NCBI GenBank assembly: GCA_963664225.1
Contig: OY760937.1
Span: forward strand, 992,001 to 1,056,000
Origin: Verrucomicrobiia bacterium
GTDB lineage: Bacteria > Verrucomicrobiota > Verrucomicrobiia > Limisphaerales > UBA1319
DNA length: 64,000 nt
Direction of reading: 5' to 3'
Shown here: positions 48,558-58,048 of the stretch, piece by piece
Position numbering within the stretch: the first letter of the stretch is position 1
Layout: every line of letters starts with the position of its first letter
Translations under genes and position numbers: made by a program
The notes under the pieces: generated by a model
Told to the model about the DNA's origin: nothing
The model's input: only the letters and a program-made list of their open reading frames with translations
Database searches by the model: none

Positions 48558-50567
48558 TCAGGACTTTTTTTTGATAGGTGCCGCGCTCAGGTTGCCTGAT
48601 TGCGCGAGCCATTGGAGGGCGTGGTTTCGGAGGCTCTGACGTTCCTTATCGTTAAGGCCGGCAGGATCGAATCGATATCGGTAATGGAGTGCAAGGATGG
48701 ATTCCAAGCTTTCAGTGACGGGCCGTGCTGGCGATTGAATACGGGAGAGCCAGATTGCCGCGGTTTCGCCGGGATCGCGTGAGGCATGCAGTTGTGCCAA
48801 ACGGCGTTCGATCTCGTAGAATTCGGAGTCCTGACCCGGGAATTCCTTTTTCAATGCATTGGCCACGGGCAACATTTTGTTTTTTGCCCGGCGACTGGCA
48901 AAGGCAATCCGCCAGGCGAGCACTGAAGCCAGAACACAGGCCAGACCGATGGAATACTCGCGCAAATAGGATTTGGAATAGCGCCACTTGTCGAATTCGA
49001 ATTTCAGCCGCGACCAAAAATCGGACCATTTTTGATACCACGGCGCCCGGCCAGCCTCGATGGCGTTCCATCCGGACGGGGTGGTGTCAAAGTCCTCCCA
49101 CAACTGTGTATCCTCATTCCAGACCATGCACCATGCATGGGCATGGCGATTCCGTATGATGCGGTGCCGGGCATCGGGGGCCTCGATGACGGCAAACCCG
49201 GTGGCGTAGCGGGTTGGTATGCGGGCCTGGCGCAGCAATAGAACAGTGGCCGTGGCGAAGTATTCACAATGGCCTGAACGTGTTTGGAGGAGGAATCTGG
49301 ACAGGGGCGTGATCTCCTGTCGGCGAAATTTATAACCGGGATTCTCGAGAAACGTGGTGTATTTGAATGTGCTTTGAAGAAAATCCTCGATCACGCGCAT
49401 GCATTGGATGCGGTTTCCGGGCGTCAGATTTAAATTGCTGGCGACCTGGCTGATGGCCTGGAATTCGGTTTCTGGAATACGGAGGTCTTCGATGGCAGGC
49501 GGGCCGTCGATGGATTTGCCGGGGCCATAGAGAACGCCATATTGAACGAACGCAGGGGATTGGCCCGCCCGGACGTCTCCGAAGAGGTTGGTTTCCAATT
49601 CCTGCGAGGGCATGTTTTCAATGCGAGCGGCGCCCGGTGGCATTGGCAGCACGCTTTTGTTGCGTGAGATGTTGCCGCTGATGGTGATGTGCGCGGGCGC
49701 GTGTTTATCCGGGACCAGAGTCCAGGTGTCATTGGTTTCAGCAGTGACCGAAGAGAAGGCATTATTGAAAGCGTACCAGGTATTGGCGCGGAAGGAGTTA
49801 TAACTGGTCTCATGCAAAAGCGCTGGGGCTGTGTTGAGCCCGCCTGTATCGAGCCGGTAGAGGATGTGGCTCGAGAGTTGGAGACGGCCAATGCGTCCCA
49901 TGGAGGTCTGGCTTTCCCGCACGTCGATGTCGCGCCTGGCCCAGCGGAAAATCCAATTGCTGAGTTGGTATTCCATGAGGGCCTGAAGGTCGCGCAAGCG
50001 GCTCTGGGTTTGGTAACCGGCAACGGCAACGACAGCCAGAAGGGGGATCCAGATCCAGATTGGAGCACGCTGCGGCCGAGTGGCCAGCAGTGCCCATAGC
50101 ATGAGAGCCGAAAACCCAAAGTAGAACCAGGCGTTCTGCGGGCTGACGGCGCTTGCGGCCAGGATGCAATTCGCCCAATAAAGGTAGGATATATCCAGAC
50201 CCCTGTCGTTCGCGTCAGTTGGGCGTCGCCGCAAAATCCACGAGAAGACCCGGTAAGGGAGTTTTTCACGGTCTCCGAGCCATTGCGCGGTAATCATGGG
50301 CAGGAAGATCAACGGCAGCCATTGCATGAAGGCGAAGGCGGACGTGGTGATTTCCCGCGAGGCGTAGAAATATATGAACAAGGCCGCGAATACGACCATG
50401 CAAAAATCCCAGACGTGGTAGTAATCCTTTTCGCTCAATTCCCACTGGGTGTCGATGAATCGCACGCCCTCCAGGAACACCGCAGCCAGCAATCCCAGCA
50501 CATAATGGCCGGTGAGTGCGCCCCAAAAGAGCAGTGCGGCTCCTATCAGCAGAGGAGGGGTTTTCAT
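48558..50567 (-). CDS. Membrane protein with transglutaminase-like domain (TgpA-like)
   Basis: N-terminal TM helices, GHCEYFA, HAHAW, DTTP triad; ATGA overlap with the DUF58 gene. Confidence 0.9.
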   Translation of the reverse strand: MKTPPLLIGAALLFWGALTGHYVLGLLAAVFLEGVRFIDTQWELSEKDYYHVWDFCMVVFAALFIYFYASREITTSAFAFMQWLPLIFLPMITAQWLGDREKLPYRVFSWILRRRPTDANDRGLDISYLYWANCILAASAVSPQNAWFYFGFSALMLWALLATRPQRAPIWIWIPLLAVVAVAGYQTQSRLRDLQALMEYQLSNWIFRWARRDIDVRESQTSMGRIGRLQLSSHILYRLDTGGLNTAPALLHETSYNSFRANTWYAFNNAFSSVTAETNDTWTLVPDKHAPAHITISGNISRNKSVLPMPPGAARIENMPSQELETNLFGDVRAGQSPAFVQYGVLYGPGKSIDGPPAIEDLRIPETEFQAISQVASNLNLTPGNRIQCMRVIEDFLQSTFKYTTFLENPGYKFRRQEITPLSRFLLQTRSGHCEYFATATVLLLRQARIPTRYATGFAVIEAPDARHRIIRNRHAHAWCMVWNEDTQLWEDFDTTPSGWNAIEAGRAPWYQKWSDFWSRLKFEFDKWRYSKSYLREYSIGLACVLASVLAWRIAFASRRAKNKMLPVANALKKEFPGQDSEFYEIERRLAQLHASRDPGETAAIWLSRIQSPARPVTESLESILALHYRYRFDPAGLNDKERQSLRNHALQWLAQSGNLSAAPIKKKS

Positions 50568-52000
50568 AACGCGGCCAACCCCTGTTCGATCCGGGTCTTC
50601 TCCAGAACATGGAAGCACTCGGGACAGTCTTTTAGTGGTCCGGGTTCAAGCATTGCGCCGAGGCCATCCGCCACGACCACGAGAACCAGTAATGGAATGC
50701 CCATGGCGTGCAATTGCCGCACCAGATTCTGTCGGGCATCGTCCCACTGGATGAAAATGCAAATGCAGCCGCTGACCGCCCGGCTATGTTCCAGGACCAG
50801 TTGATGCAGGGCTTCAAACGGTTTTTCAGTGCATGGCGTGACCACAGCCAGAATTTCAAGCAGTTGGTCGATGTGCGCAACCCCCCGCCCGACGGTGAAG
50901 CAGTAGGCCTGCGGTCCGGCGAATAGCAGGTCCAGAAGCGAATCCTGTGTTTGAATGGTGCAGGCAAAAGAGGCGGCGACCGACACGGCTTCCTCGAAAA
51001 TCGCGCTATGCGCGTCACGACAGAAAGTGTCCAGGATCAGCGCGTGTCGCACGAAGAATTCATCCTGGAATTCTTTGACGATAGGCTTTCCGGATTTGGC
51101 CCAGCTTCTCCAGTGGATATGGCGCAAGGGATCGCCGGGACGGTAATCGCGCAGGGAGATGAATTCCTCGGATTCACCCACGGCGGCTGCCAACGCCACG
51201 CCGCCCGGTTGATAACGCATGGAGCCGGGCAGTGGCACTGCGGCGATTGGATAGCGTTTGGGCAGGATCAGCAATGACTGGGGCAGCGGACGTTCGGTCA
51301 GGCGTCGGAAGAGGCCGAAGATATCCGGACAGGCTATGGCCACACCCTGAAATTGCAGCATGCCCCGATGTTGCGGGATCAATTCGAGCATGGCCTCCGC
51401 ATGGCCGCGTCCAGGCACCGGCGGTAGCGGTTTCTCTGGAATATCAGCCTTTTGTTGGCAGGCAACCAGCCACTGCCATCGGTAATAGGCGTATTTGCGA
51501 TCGAACCAATTGCGGCGTTCCTCGCCCGGTTCAGGTGTGGTGATGAATTCGGCCAGGGTCGGACGTGGATCCCTCAGGCGTTCCAGGATGGCAAGATCGC
51601 GATAGGGGCGGCGTGAGTCGTTATGAACCACCACGCGATATTTCAATGGCGTGCCCACGGATGCGATGCGCGGCATGAACCGCTCCACACGCACCCGGGT
51701 GCGGATGAACAGGCAGGCCGTCAGCGCGGCGATGATCAGCCAGAGCAGGAAACTGAATGCTTGATAACCGACGGATAGATTGGTGTCCGCACGGGTGAGG
51801 GCAAACACAAAACCGATCAACACTAATATGCCGGTGCGCGTAATTCGCGGACGCAGCCAGTACTGCATGACCGATGCCAGGTGATAATTGTGATAAAGAT
51901 AGCGTTGAAACACGGTGTTCAGGTGGCAATGGTGGCGCTGTTTGAGCGCACAATCCACGATTGACGCCTTTGGACGACTCGCGCCGGGAACAATGGCCAC
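50564..52000 (-). CDS. DUF58 family protein
   Basis: EFISLRDYRPGDPLRHIHWRSWAK..KPIVKEF motif, in moxR operon context. Start uncertain. Confidence 0.9.
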   Translation of the reverse strand: MAIVPGASRPKASIVDCALKQRHHCHLNTVFQRYLYHNYHLASVMQYWLRPRITRTGILVLIGFVFALTRADTNLSVGYQAFSFLLWLIIAALTACLFIRTRVRVERFMPRIASVGTPLKYRVVVHNDSRRPYRDLAILERLRDPRPTLAEFITTPEPGEERRNWFDRKYAYYRWQWLVACQQKADIPEKPLPPVPGRGHAEAMLELIPQHRGMLQFQGVAIACPDIFGLFRRLTERPLPQSLLILPKRYPIAAVPLPGSMRYQPGGVALAAAVGESEEFISLRDYRPGDPLRHIHWRSWAKSGKPIVKEFQDEFFVRHALILDTFCRDAHSAIFEEAVSVAASFACTIQTQDSLLDLLFAGPQAYCFTVGRGVAHIDQLLEILAVVTPCTEKPFEALHQLVLEHSRAVSGCICIFIQWDDARQNLVRQLHAMGIPLLVLVVVADGLGAMLEPGPLKDCPECFHVLEKTRIEQGLAAL

Positions 52001-52016
52001 AAGCGCGGTTTCTTAC

Positions 52017-52967
52017 TCATGATGGCACGGGCAGTTTTTTCAACAATTCCTCCACAACGCCTCGGGCGGTGATTCCCGAGAAACGTGCCTGGGGCTCCAT
52101 CACCATACGGTGGGCCATGACCGGAACCGCGATCTCCTGGATCAGGTCCGGCGTTACAAAATCGACCCCGTCAAACAGGGCCAGTGCCTGGGCGGTTTTC
52201 ATCAGTGACAGGGAGGCGCGCGGGCTGGCTCCCAATTGCACGCCGGGAAACTTGCGGGTGGCGCCCGTCAAATCCACGATATACCGGCGCAGTTCTTCGC
52301 TGACCCGGATGCTTTTCACGGCCCGCTTCAGAGCCGAGACCTCGTCCGCAGTGGCGCATGGGGCGAGTGTCTCGATGGGTGGCTGATTTTCATGGGAATC
52401 AAGGATGCCCACCTCCTGTTCCGGTGAAACATAACCGAGGCTGAATTGCATGGCAAAACGGTCCATCTGGGCCTCGGGCAGGGGATAGGTGCCCCGAAAT
52501 TCGATCGGATTCTGCGTGGCGATGACCAGGAAGAGGGGTGGCAAGGGACGGCGCTCGCCATCCACGCTGACCTGGTTTTCGCCCATGGCCTCCAGCAATG
52601 CGGACTGGGTTCGTGGTGAGGCGCGATTGATTTCGTCGGCCAGCAGGATGTTGGTGAAGATGGGGCCTTCGTGAAAATAAAAAACCTGCTCTTTTTGATT
52701 GAACGTGGAAACGCCCAGGATATCCGAGGGCAGCAAATCGGGCGTGAACTGCAGGCGTTTGAAACCCGCATCGATGGATCGGGCAAGCGCCTTTGCCAGT
52801 GTTGTTTTGCCCGTTCCAGGAAAATCCTCCAGCAAAACGTGGCCATCACTGGCAAAGGCGGCCAGCAGACGGCGAATGGAGGCCGACTGGCCGCGCATGA
52901 CCCGTGCGATATTGGCGCTGATTCTCGTATGGATTTCCCGGGCGTGCGCAATATGTTCCTGCAGCAT
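52017..52967 (-). CDS. moxR: MoxR-family AAA+ ATPase
   Basis: HVLLEDFPGTGKT, FTPDLLPSD, LADEINRA, ATQNPIE, LPEAQMDRF. Likely start ATG 52967 (MLQEH). Confidence 0.95.
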   Translation of the reverse strand: MLQEHIAHAREIHTRISANIARVMRGQSASIRRLLAAFASDGHVLLEDFPGTGKTTLAKALARSIDAGFKRLQFTPDLLPSDILGVSTFNQKEQVFYFHEGPIFTNILLADEINRASPRTQSALLEAMGENQVSVDGERRPLPPLFLVIATQNPIEFRGTYPLPEAQMDRFAMQFSLGYVSPEQEVGILDSHENQPPIETLAPCATADEVSALKRAVKSIRVSEELRRYIVDLTGATRKFPGVQLGASPRASLSLMKTAQALALFDGVDFVTPDLIQEIAVPVMAHRMVMEPQARFSGITARGVVEELLKKLPVPS

Positions 52968-52982
52968 GTGTGCTGCCAATCT

Positions 52983-52993
52983 TGCCTGAATTG
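52983..52993 (+). repeat. Left attachment-site core
   Basis: TGCCTGAATTG at the GC-to-AT boundary; 10/11 identical to 59582-59592. Confidence 0.75.
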
Positions 52994-53181
52994 TCATTTT
53001 TATAAACACTTGTCATTACAATGGATACAAAATCCATGAAAGACTTCCCGACTCCGTTCATCCTTATGGTTCAAGTCAAAAGTGTCAACACTCCACACCA
53101 TCCAAAACTTGACCGTGTTTATGGGGTCAATATTCGTCTGGGGATACGAACACACAGACCACACACCAAAACGTCGCCACA

Positions 53182-53199
53182 GACCGTTTAAACGCAAAG
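53182..53199 (+). repeat. 18-bp direct repeat, copy 1 (GACCGTTTAAACGCAAAG)
   Basis: Identical copy at 56053-56070; contains the palindrome CGTTTAAACG. Confidence 0.85.
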
Positions 53200-53277
53200 A
53201 ATCCACACCATAGGATTTACATTGAACGTGTGTTTGGTATATCTCCTACAAAATCAGACAACATAAAAGGAAATCGT

Positions 53278-53679
53278 ATGAATGAAACATCACTCAAAAA
53301 CATTGAAGGATTGGAAGAAAAGATAAGAAAGGAATTGGAACCACTGAAGAAAGATTTGGAAAACATATTTAAAGACGGGGTGTCATTATACACCACGATA
53401 AAGAAATACGAACCCGATTTTGACATTAAGGGTTTATTGAAACGTTTTGACAAGAAAGCTGGAAGTGGAAACACCAAATCCGAAAAGATTACAGTGTCAA
53501 TCTCAAGGATACTTCCATCCAAAGGAATGAAGGAATCGGAAATCATATCTTCATTGAAACACTTAAAAGACAAAACTCCAGAAGATATATCCAAAGCATT
53601 GAACAAAGTGAAAACAAAAGCTGGTTCAAAGGATTCGTTTATTTATAAAGATGGGTTGTTCTTTTCCAAACCGAAGTGA
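53278..53679 (+). CDS. Small Lys-rich protein with N-terminal coiled coil and possible C-terminal winged helix
   Basis: AAAGGA RBS before ATG 53278; 133 aa. The fold is inferred only. Confidence 0.7.
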   Translation: MNETSLKNIEGLEEKIRKELEPLKKDLENIFKDGVSLYTTIKKYEPDFDIKGLLKRFDKKAGSGNTKSEKITVSISRILPSKGMKESEIISSLKHLKDKTPEDISKALNKVKTKAGSKDSFIYKDGLFFSKPK

Positions 53680-53859
53680 TATTATAAAATACAATACGTA
53701 TCCCCATATATACATTTTGTCCACATAATCCACCACTATATGGAAGGGATAAAGAAGTATAGGAATAGAATTACTATGTTTGGATAAAGATAATACCACG
53801 TTTAGACCACTTTATTGATATGTATAAAGTGTAAATGTAGTGATTTACAAAGTGCTCAA

Positions 53860-53895
53860 ACCCTTCATCAGATTATACTGATGAAGGGTCTTTTT
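53860..53895 (+). terminator. Intrinsic terminator
   Basis: Perfect 12-bp stem ACCCTTCATCAG / CTGATGAAGGGT followed by CTTTTT. Confidence 0.85.
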
Positions 53896-53984
53896 ATGTC
53901 ATAATAAGAACATAGAATAACCCCTTTAATTATATTTCGTTTAATTCAGTCGTTTATACTTCTACACGTATATGTATTGTGTAT

Positions 53985-54161
53985 ATGACAAATACAAATC
54001 ATAAACTAAAGTGGACACAAACCTATAGACGGAAACTTTCTGGAATGGGTTATAAGTGGTTGACGATTCAATTACCCCCTGAAGTCAGATTAAAGATAAT
54101 GGAATATAAAGACAATCTGATGTTAGAATATTTCCTCAAACACCCCGACAAGAAAATATAA
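53985..54161 (+). CDS. Small basic protein, possibly ribbon-helix-helix-like
   Basis: YRRKLSGMGYKWLTIQLPPEVRLKI pattern; ends 5 bp before the polymerase-like gene. Confidence 0.55.
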   Translation: MTNTNHKLKWTQTYRRKLSGMGYKWLTIQLPPEVRLKIMEYKDNLMLEYFLKHPDKKI

Positions 54162-54166
54162 TCACT

Positions 54167-55396
54167 ATGACAAATCACTACTTTTACTACAAAGAACAAA
54201 CCCCGTGTGGTTTAAATACCATTCTTATTTCAAATCCATTCCTCAAGGAAAACTTCAAATGTATTCCTTCGGTTATTAATCTACTTAGAATAATCGGATT
54301 TTGGAACAACATGGATAAAGATAAAGACAACTGGTCATCCATAACATCCAATTATTTTAAAAATCGGTTCGGTAATCTTTACACTCAAATCATTCATTCG
54401 TTGGTTGAATTGGAATTATTGAAAGTGTCTTATTATTGTAGAAAGAAACACACATACGGAAAAGACGATAATGGGGAATGTTTTTCCTATAAGATAACCG
54501 ATAAATGTTATTCGTTGTTATCTCAAAATGAAACTGAATACCTTTACAGATTATTTACAGACCCAAAGGAAATCAGAAAAAACCAAAAAAGAATTAGTCG
54601 AAGTGGATTTAATAAAGTCATCTATGACGACATAAGAAACGACATTAAACAAATGTTGGATGGTATTGATTTGGATTTTAACGAACTATTGGACACTCTG
54701 ACAACGTTGACAAATGGGAAAAGATTTACTGCGTTGTATTGTATTCGGAATATAAAAGAAAAACGATACACTGAATTAAAACACAACACTTCAGACAATC
54801 GAATTGCTACCCCATATACCGCACTTCCAAAGGAAATCAGACATCTTCTAACAGTCAATGGAAAGAAACCCGTCATCACTATAGACGTTCGGTCATGTCA
54901 TCCATCCTTATTCGCAAAGTATATCTCAGAACTATTCCCCACAGATGAAACCTTAAACGCTGAAGTGGAAAAGTGGAATGGTATATTCTTATCTCAAAAC
55001 GACCCAAAAACGTATTTATCAAATCTATTGAATATTCCCAGAACAGAAATCAAAGAAATAATGTTAGAATACTTCAATGGTCAATGGTTAAAGAATAAAC
55101 ACTTCAGAAAGTTTAATTATTGGTTATCTTCTAACTTTCCACAATTGTATAAAAGATGGAAGACAACGAATATAAAACAAACTGGGGTGAATCTATCAAA
55201 GAAATATGAAACCAAGATTATGTTGGACCCGTTGTTGTTCAAACAATGTAAAGTATTAGGATTTACAATAGGACAAGAATACGATGGGTTTACGTTGTTC
55301 GGTGATAACTCAAAGAATGTGGATGAAGTCATTTCATTTCTCAAACAAAGAACAAATGAACTATTAGATATGGATTTAATATATTCAGTGAATTAA
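54167..55396 (+). CDS. Minimal family-A-like (TV-Pol-like) nucleic acid polymerase with putative N-terminal wHTH
   Basis: NRIAT...LPKEIR, motif A-like TIDVRSCHP, motif B-like RTEIKEIMLEYFNG, motif C-like QEYDGF, in the expected order. Confidence 0.65.
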   Translation: MTNHYFYYKEQTPCGLNTILISNPFLKENFKCIPSVINLLRIIGFWNNMDKDKDNWSSITSNYFKNRFGNLYTQIIHSLVELELLKVSYYCRKKHTYGKDDNGECFSYKITDKCYSLLSQNETEYLYRLFTDPKEIRKNQKRISRSGFNKVIYDDIRNDIKQMLDGIDLDFNELLDTLTTLTNGKRFTALYCIRNIKEKRYTELKHNTSDNRIATPYTALPKEIRHLLTVNGKKPVITIDVRSCHPSLFAKYISELFPTDETLNAEVEKWNGIFLSQNDPKTYLSNLLNIPRTEIKEIMLEYFNGQWLKNKHFRKFNYWLSSNFPQLYKRWKTTNIKQTGVNLSKKYETKIMLDPLLFKQCKVLGFTIGQEYDGFTLFGDNSKNVDEVISFLKQRTNELLDMDLIYSVN

Positions 55397-55654
55397 AGTT
55401 TTCGGTATTCCTTCTTTTCTTCTATTCACTTATTTTATTTAAAAGGTTTCTTGTGTACACTAATAAATTAAAAAACAATAAAAAAGCATTTATATAACTT
55501 TGAATGTAATGAAAAGCAATACGAAGTATTAGTGAATATAGATATACTATCTTATAATAATTCCAAGTCAACATATAAATAATATAATCAGTTATTTTAA
55601 TTTACCCCGAATATATTTCATCGCTTGGATATTGGTATCGGTATTTATTCTATT

Positions 55655-55852
55655 ATGACAAAAGAACAAATCATAGAACGACTGATAGAACGGGCAAAAC
55701 ACGACAATATTGATACATCCTTAATGTTCTCCACGCTAAATAATGTTGTGTCATTAAGACAAATTATAAAAATGACAGACCAATACGAAGTCGTATTAGA
55801 TAACGGTCATTTAGGATATATCTGTGGGGATATGATAATGATAACAGATTAG
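55655..55852 (+). CDS. Small hypothetical protein
   Basis: 65-aa ORF in AT-rich DNA, co-oriented with its neighbours. Confidence 0.5.
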   Translation: MTKEQIIERLIERAKHDNIDTSLMFSTLNNVVSLRQIIKMTDQYEVVLDNGHLGYICGDMIMITD

Positions 55853-55876
55853 ATAAGACAAAGGATTATATAAAAT

Positions 55877-56011
55877 ATGAATGATACCACACAATCAGAT
55901 ACAATCAGTCAAACGATAACAGACACAATCCATTCATTTTATCAATCGCTCCAAAGGATTAGACAACACAGACGATTTATAGAAAGTCTTTACGACAACA
56001 CAGACCCTTAA
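55877..56011 (+). CDS. Very small hypothetical protein (44 aa)
   Basis: AAGGA upstream; reads MNDTTQSDTISQTITDTIHSFYQSLQRIRQHRRFIESLYDNTDP. Below the ORF-track cut-off. Confidence 0.35.
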   Translation: MNDTTQSDTISQTITDTIHSFYQSLQRIRQHRRFIESLYDNTDP

Positions 56012-56052
56012 AGACCCACAATGTATCCATTCAATCGTCATCATTCGCCTAC

Positions 56053-56070
56053 GACCGTTTAAACGCAAAG
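56053..56070 (+). repeat. 18-bp direct repeat, copy 2
   Basis: Identical to 53182-53199. Confidence 0.85.
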
Positions 56071-56606
56071 GGGATGTATTCTATTGTGTCTATATACCCC
56101 AACGCAGAAAGTATCCTTACGTATATACGTTGACCGCAGGGTTCCGTTATTCCGACCCGTAGATATTTGTAAGGTTTCCCGACACTTCACAAACATATAC
56201 GTTAGTATTCATCCAAATACTGACCGTTTTAGTGGATATTTGACCACGTATTCACGTCTTTTATAACAAATAGAACCCATTTAAACACGTTATCCACCCC
56301 ATACCCTTTGTTATTTGGTCATTTATTCTATTATTTGATTTTATATTCTGTGATGAAAATGGATAATATCACACACAATTTATAATTTATCACAGACTCC
56401 GCCGTTAAATGTAATTAGATAATATTTATAAAGTGTATATTACACATTCCCCCTTTCATACCGTTTGACCGGGGGATTTTTATTTTCGATATTCGTGTAG
56501 TATTTCCGTTGTATTGTCTAATGACTTCATATTTATACAATGATGATAATAACGTCATCATAAATCGGTACAACAAAATCCGATAGTAATAGAAAGAATA
56601 CATTTT

Positions 56607-57653
56607 ATGTCAATCTCCACAACGTTCAAAAGGGTCGGTTCAAGAATCAAAGAATCATTTATTTCAAAACCAAGACAGTGTGATGCTGTGGTTAAAGTAA
56701 ATAAAATGGTGGATAGAATAAATGAATTACAGTCAAGTGATTTACCAAAATCCACATTAGAAGGAACATTTCAGAAAAACATTACTTTAGTAAAACGTAA
56801 AATAGTTGAATTAGAAAATGACCCAAGTATAACGATGGATAATGTTATTGAAAAAACGTTAAATCGGTATGGATATAAAACCCCTAACGTCAATTCAAAC
56901 ATAACCGTTCAAGATGTTATTTCAAATGTTCAATCAAAGGAACAAGCTATGAATATAATTCAATCTCCACACAATATAATTTCCAATGAAGAAAAGACTG
57001 AAGCTATCAATGTTATAAATAATTCAGACCTTCCCGATAAAGTGTCAATTCAGAAGGAACAAACAAAGAAAACATTCATCTTTAAAACCTCCCCGTATTC
57101 TAATAAAGAAAACGCATTATACGATTTAAGAAAACAACTGTTCACTCAAACAATTACATGGGATGAATTTGAACAAGGGAAAACTCAGATTGATAACAGT
57201 AATCTTCCAAGTCGTAATTCAATCGCAACTGATATGGTGGAAGTGAAACAAGACGACACACCAAAGTTTAGTTCGGTTCAACCCCATTACTTCGTCAAAT
57301 ACGGTTATTATTTATTATATGATGGTGGGGTATGTTATTTACAGACCGATTTAAATTATAACATCCCAGTTGAATTGATTAAATTGACCGAATCTTTACC
57401 TTCGCCGTGTTCAATATCAATGATTAACGACACACAAGGAACAAGTCGGACAAATCAAAACTGCTTCTCAAAATACAGACACATGACACAAACGGAATAC
57501 AACGATTTGGTTAAACAAAATCTTCCAATTGATGATATTCTAAAAGTGTATCAAAGACGACAAAGCCCGACAACGGGTTTTGGTGGTGGATTAGGTGATA
57601 ACAGACTTAAAAAGGTATTGTTAAATATTACGAATTCAATCCCAGTATTTTAA
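56607..57653 (+). CDS. Hypothetical protein (348 aa), element cargo
   Basis: Long ORF in AT-rich DNA where chance ORFs are short; no motif recognised. Confidence 0.75.
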   Translation: MSISTTFKRVGSRIKESFISKPRQCDAVVKVNKMVDRINELQSSDLPKSTLEGTFQKNITLVKRKIVELENDPSITMDNVIEKTLNRYGYKTPNVNSNITVQDVISNVQSKEQAMNIIQSPHNIISNEEKTEAINVINNSDLPDKVSIQKEQTKKTFIFKTSPYSNKENALYDLRKQLFTQTITWDEFEQGKTQIDNSNLPSRNSIATDMVEVKQDDTPKFSSVQPHYFVKYGYYLLYDGGVCYLQTDLNYNIPVELIKLTESLPSPCSISMINDTQGTSRTNQNCFSKYRHMTQTEYNDLVKQNLPIDDILKVYQRRQSPTTGFGGGLGDNRLKKVLLNITNSIPVF

Positions 57654-57657
57654 TCTT

Positions 57658-57858
57658 ATGGATATTATAACTGATAGACGATTACGAAGTTTCTTAAATG
57701 GTATGGGTATATCCCGTTCTCAGATGTTAAGAAAGGGTATATCTTTTGACACTGTGATTATATTATATAATCAAATGAATCAATATCCAACGAATTCAGT
57801 TGAATATTACAATATGGAACGACACATTAGAAATTATTGTAATACTGGATTGACTTAA
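57658..57858 (+). CDS. Small hypothetical protein
   Basis: 66-aa ORF starting 4 bp after the previous stop. Confidence 0.55.
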   Translation: MDIITDRRLRSFLNGMGISRSQMLRKGISFDTVIILYNQMNQYPTNSVEYYNMERHIRNYCNTGLT

Positions 57859-57902
57859 AACAATTTCCTCAAATAGGTCACGACCAAACTGTTTTTGGTA
57901 TG

Positions 57903-57931
57903 TTGACATCACATTTAAAGATGTGAATAAT
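57903..57931 (+). promoter_or_regulatory. Sigma70-type promoter with palindromic spacer
   Basis: TTGACA-17 bp-AATAAT; the spacer region is TCACAT-TTAAAG-ATGTGA. Confidence 0.6.
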
Positions 57932-57935
57932 TCAT

Positions 57936-58015
57936 ACCGTAGGTTCTTCGACGTTATCTCCTACGGTTATATAAAGAAAAGGACCGTGGGTCTTGTTCCC
58001 TACGGTCTTTTTTTT
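57936..58015 (+). ncRNA. Candidate ~80-nt two-hairpin sRNA ending in an intrinsic terminator, which is probably shared with the convergent recombinase gene
   Basis: ACCGTAGG/CCTACGGT stem, then GGACCGTGGG/CCTACGGTCT stem and a T run; no ORF. Confidence 0.45.
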
Positions 58016-58048
58016 GTTGGATTGGATTGGATGGATTAGAACACCAAT

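Noticed and set aside
52968..53009. N-terminal extension of MoxR (MFIKMTIQARLAAH) implying integration inside moxR
   Set aside because: The extension reads into element DNA. ATG 52967 gives a normal-length MoxR, so the insertion is most likely just upstream.
58017..58037. TTGGA short tandem repeat after the terminator
   Set aside because: Only three to four degenerate units, with no functional context.
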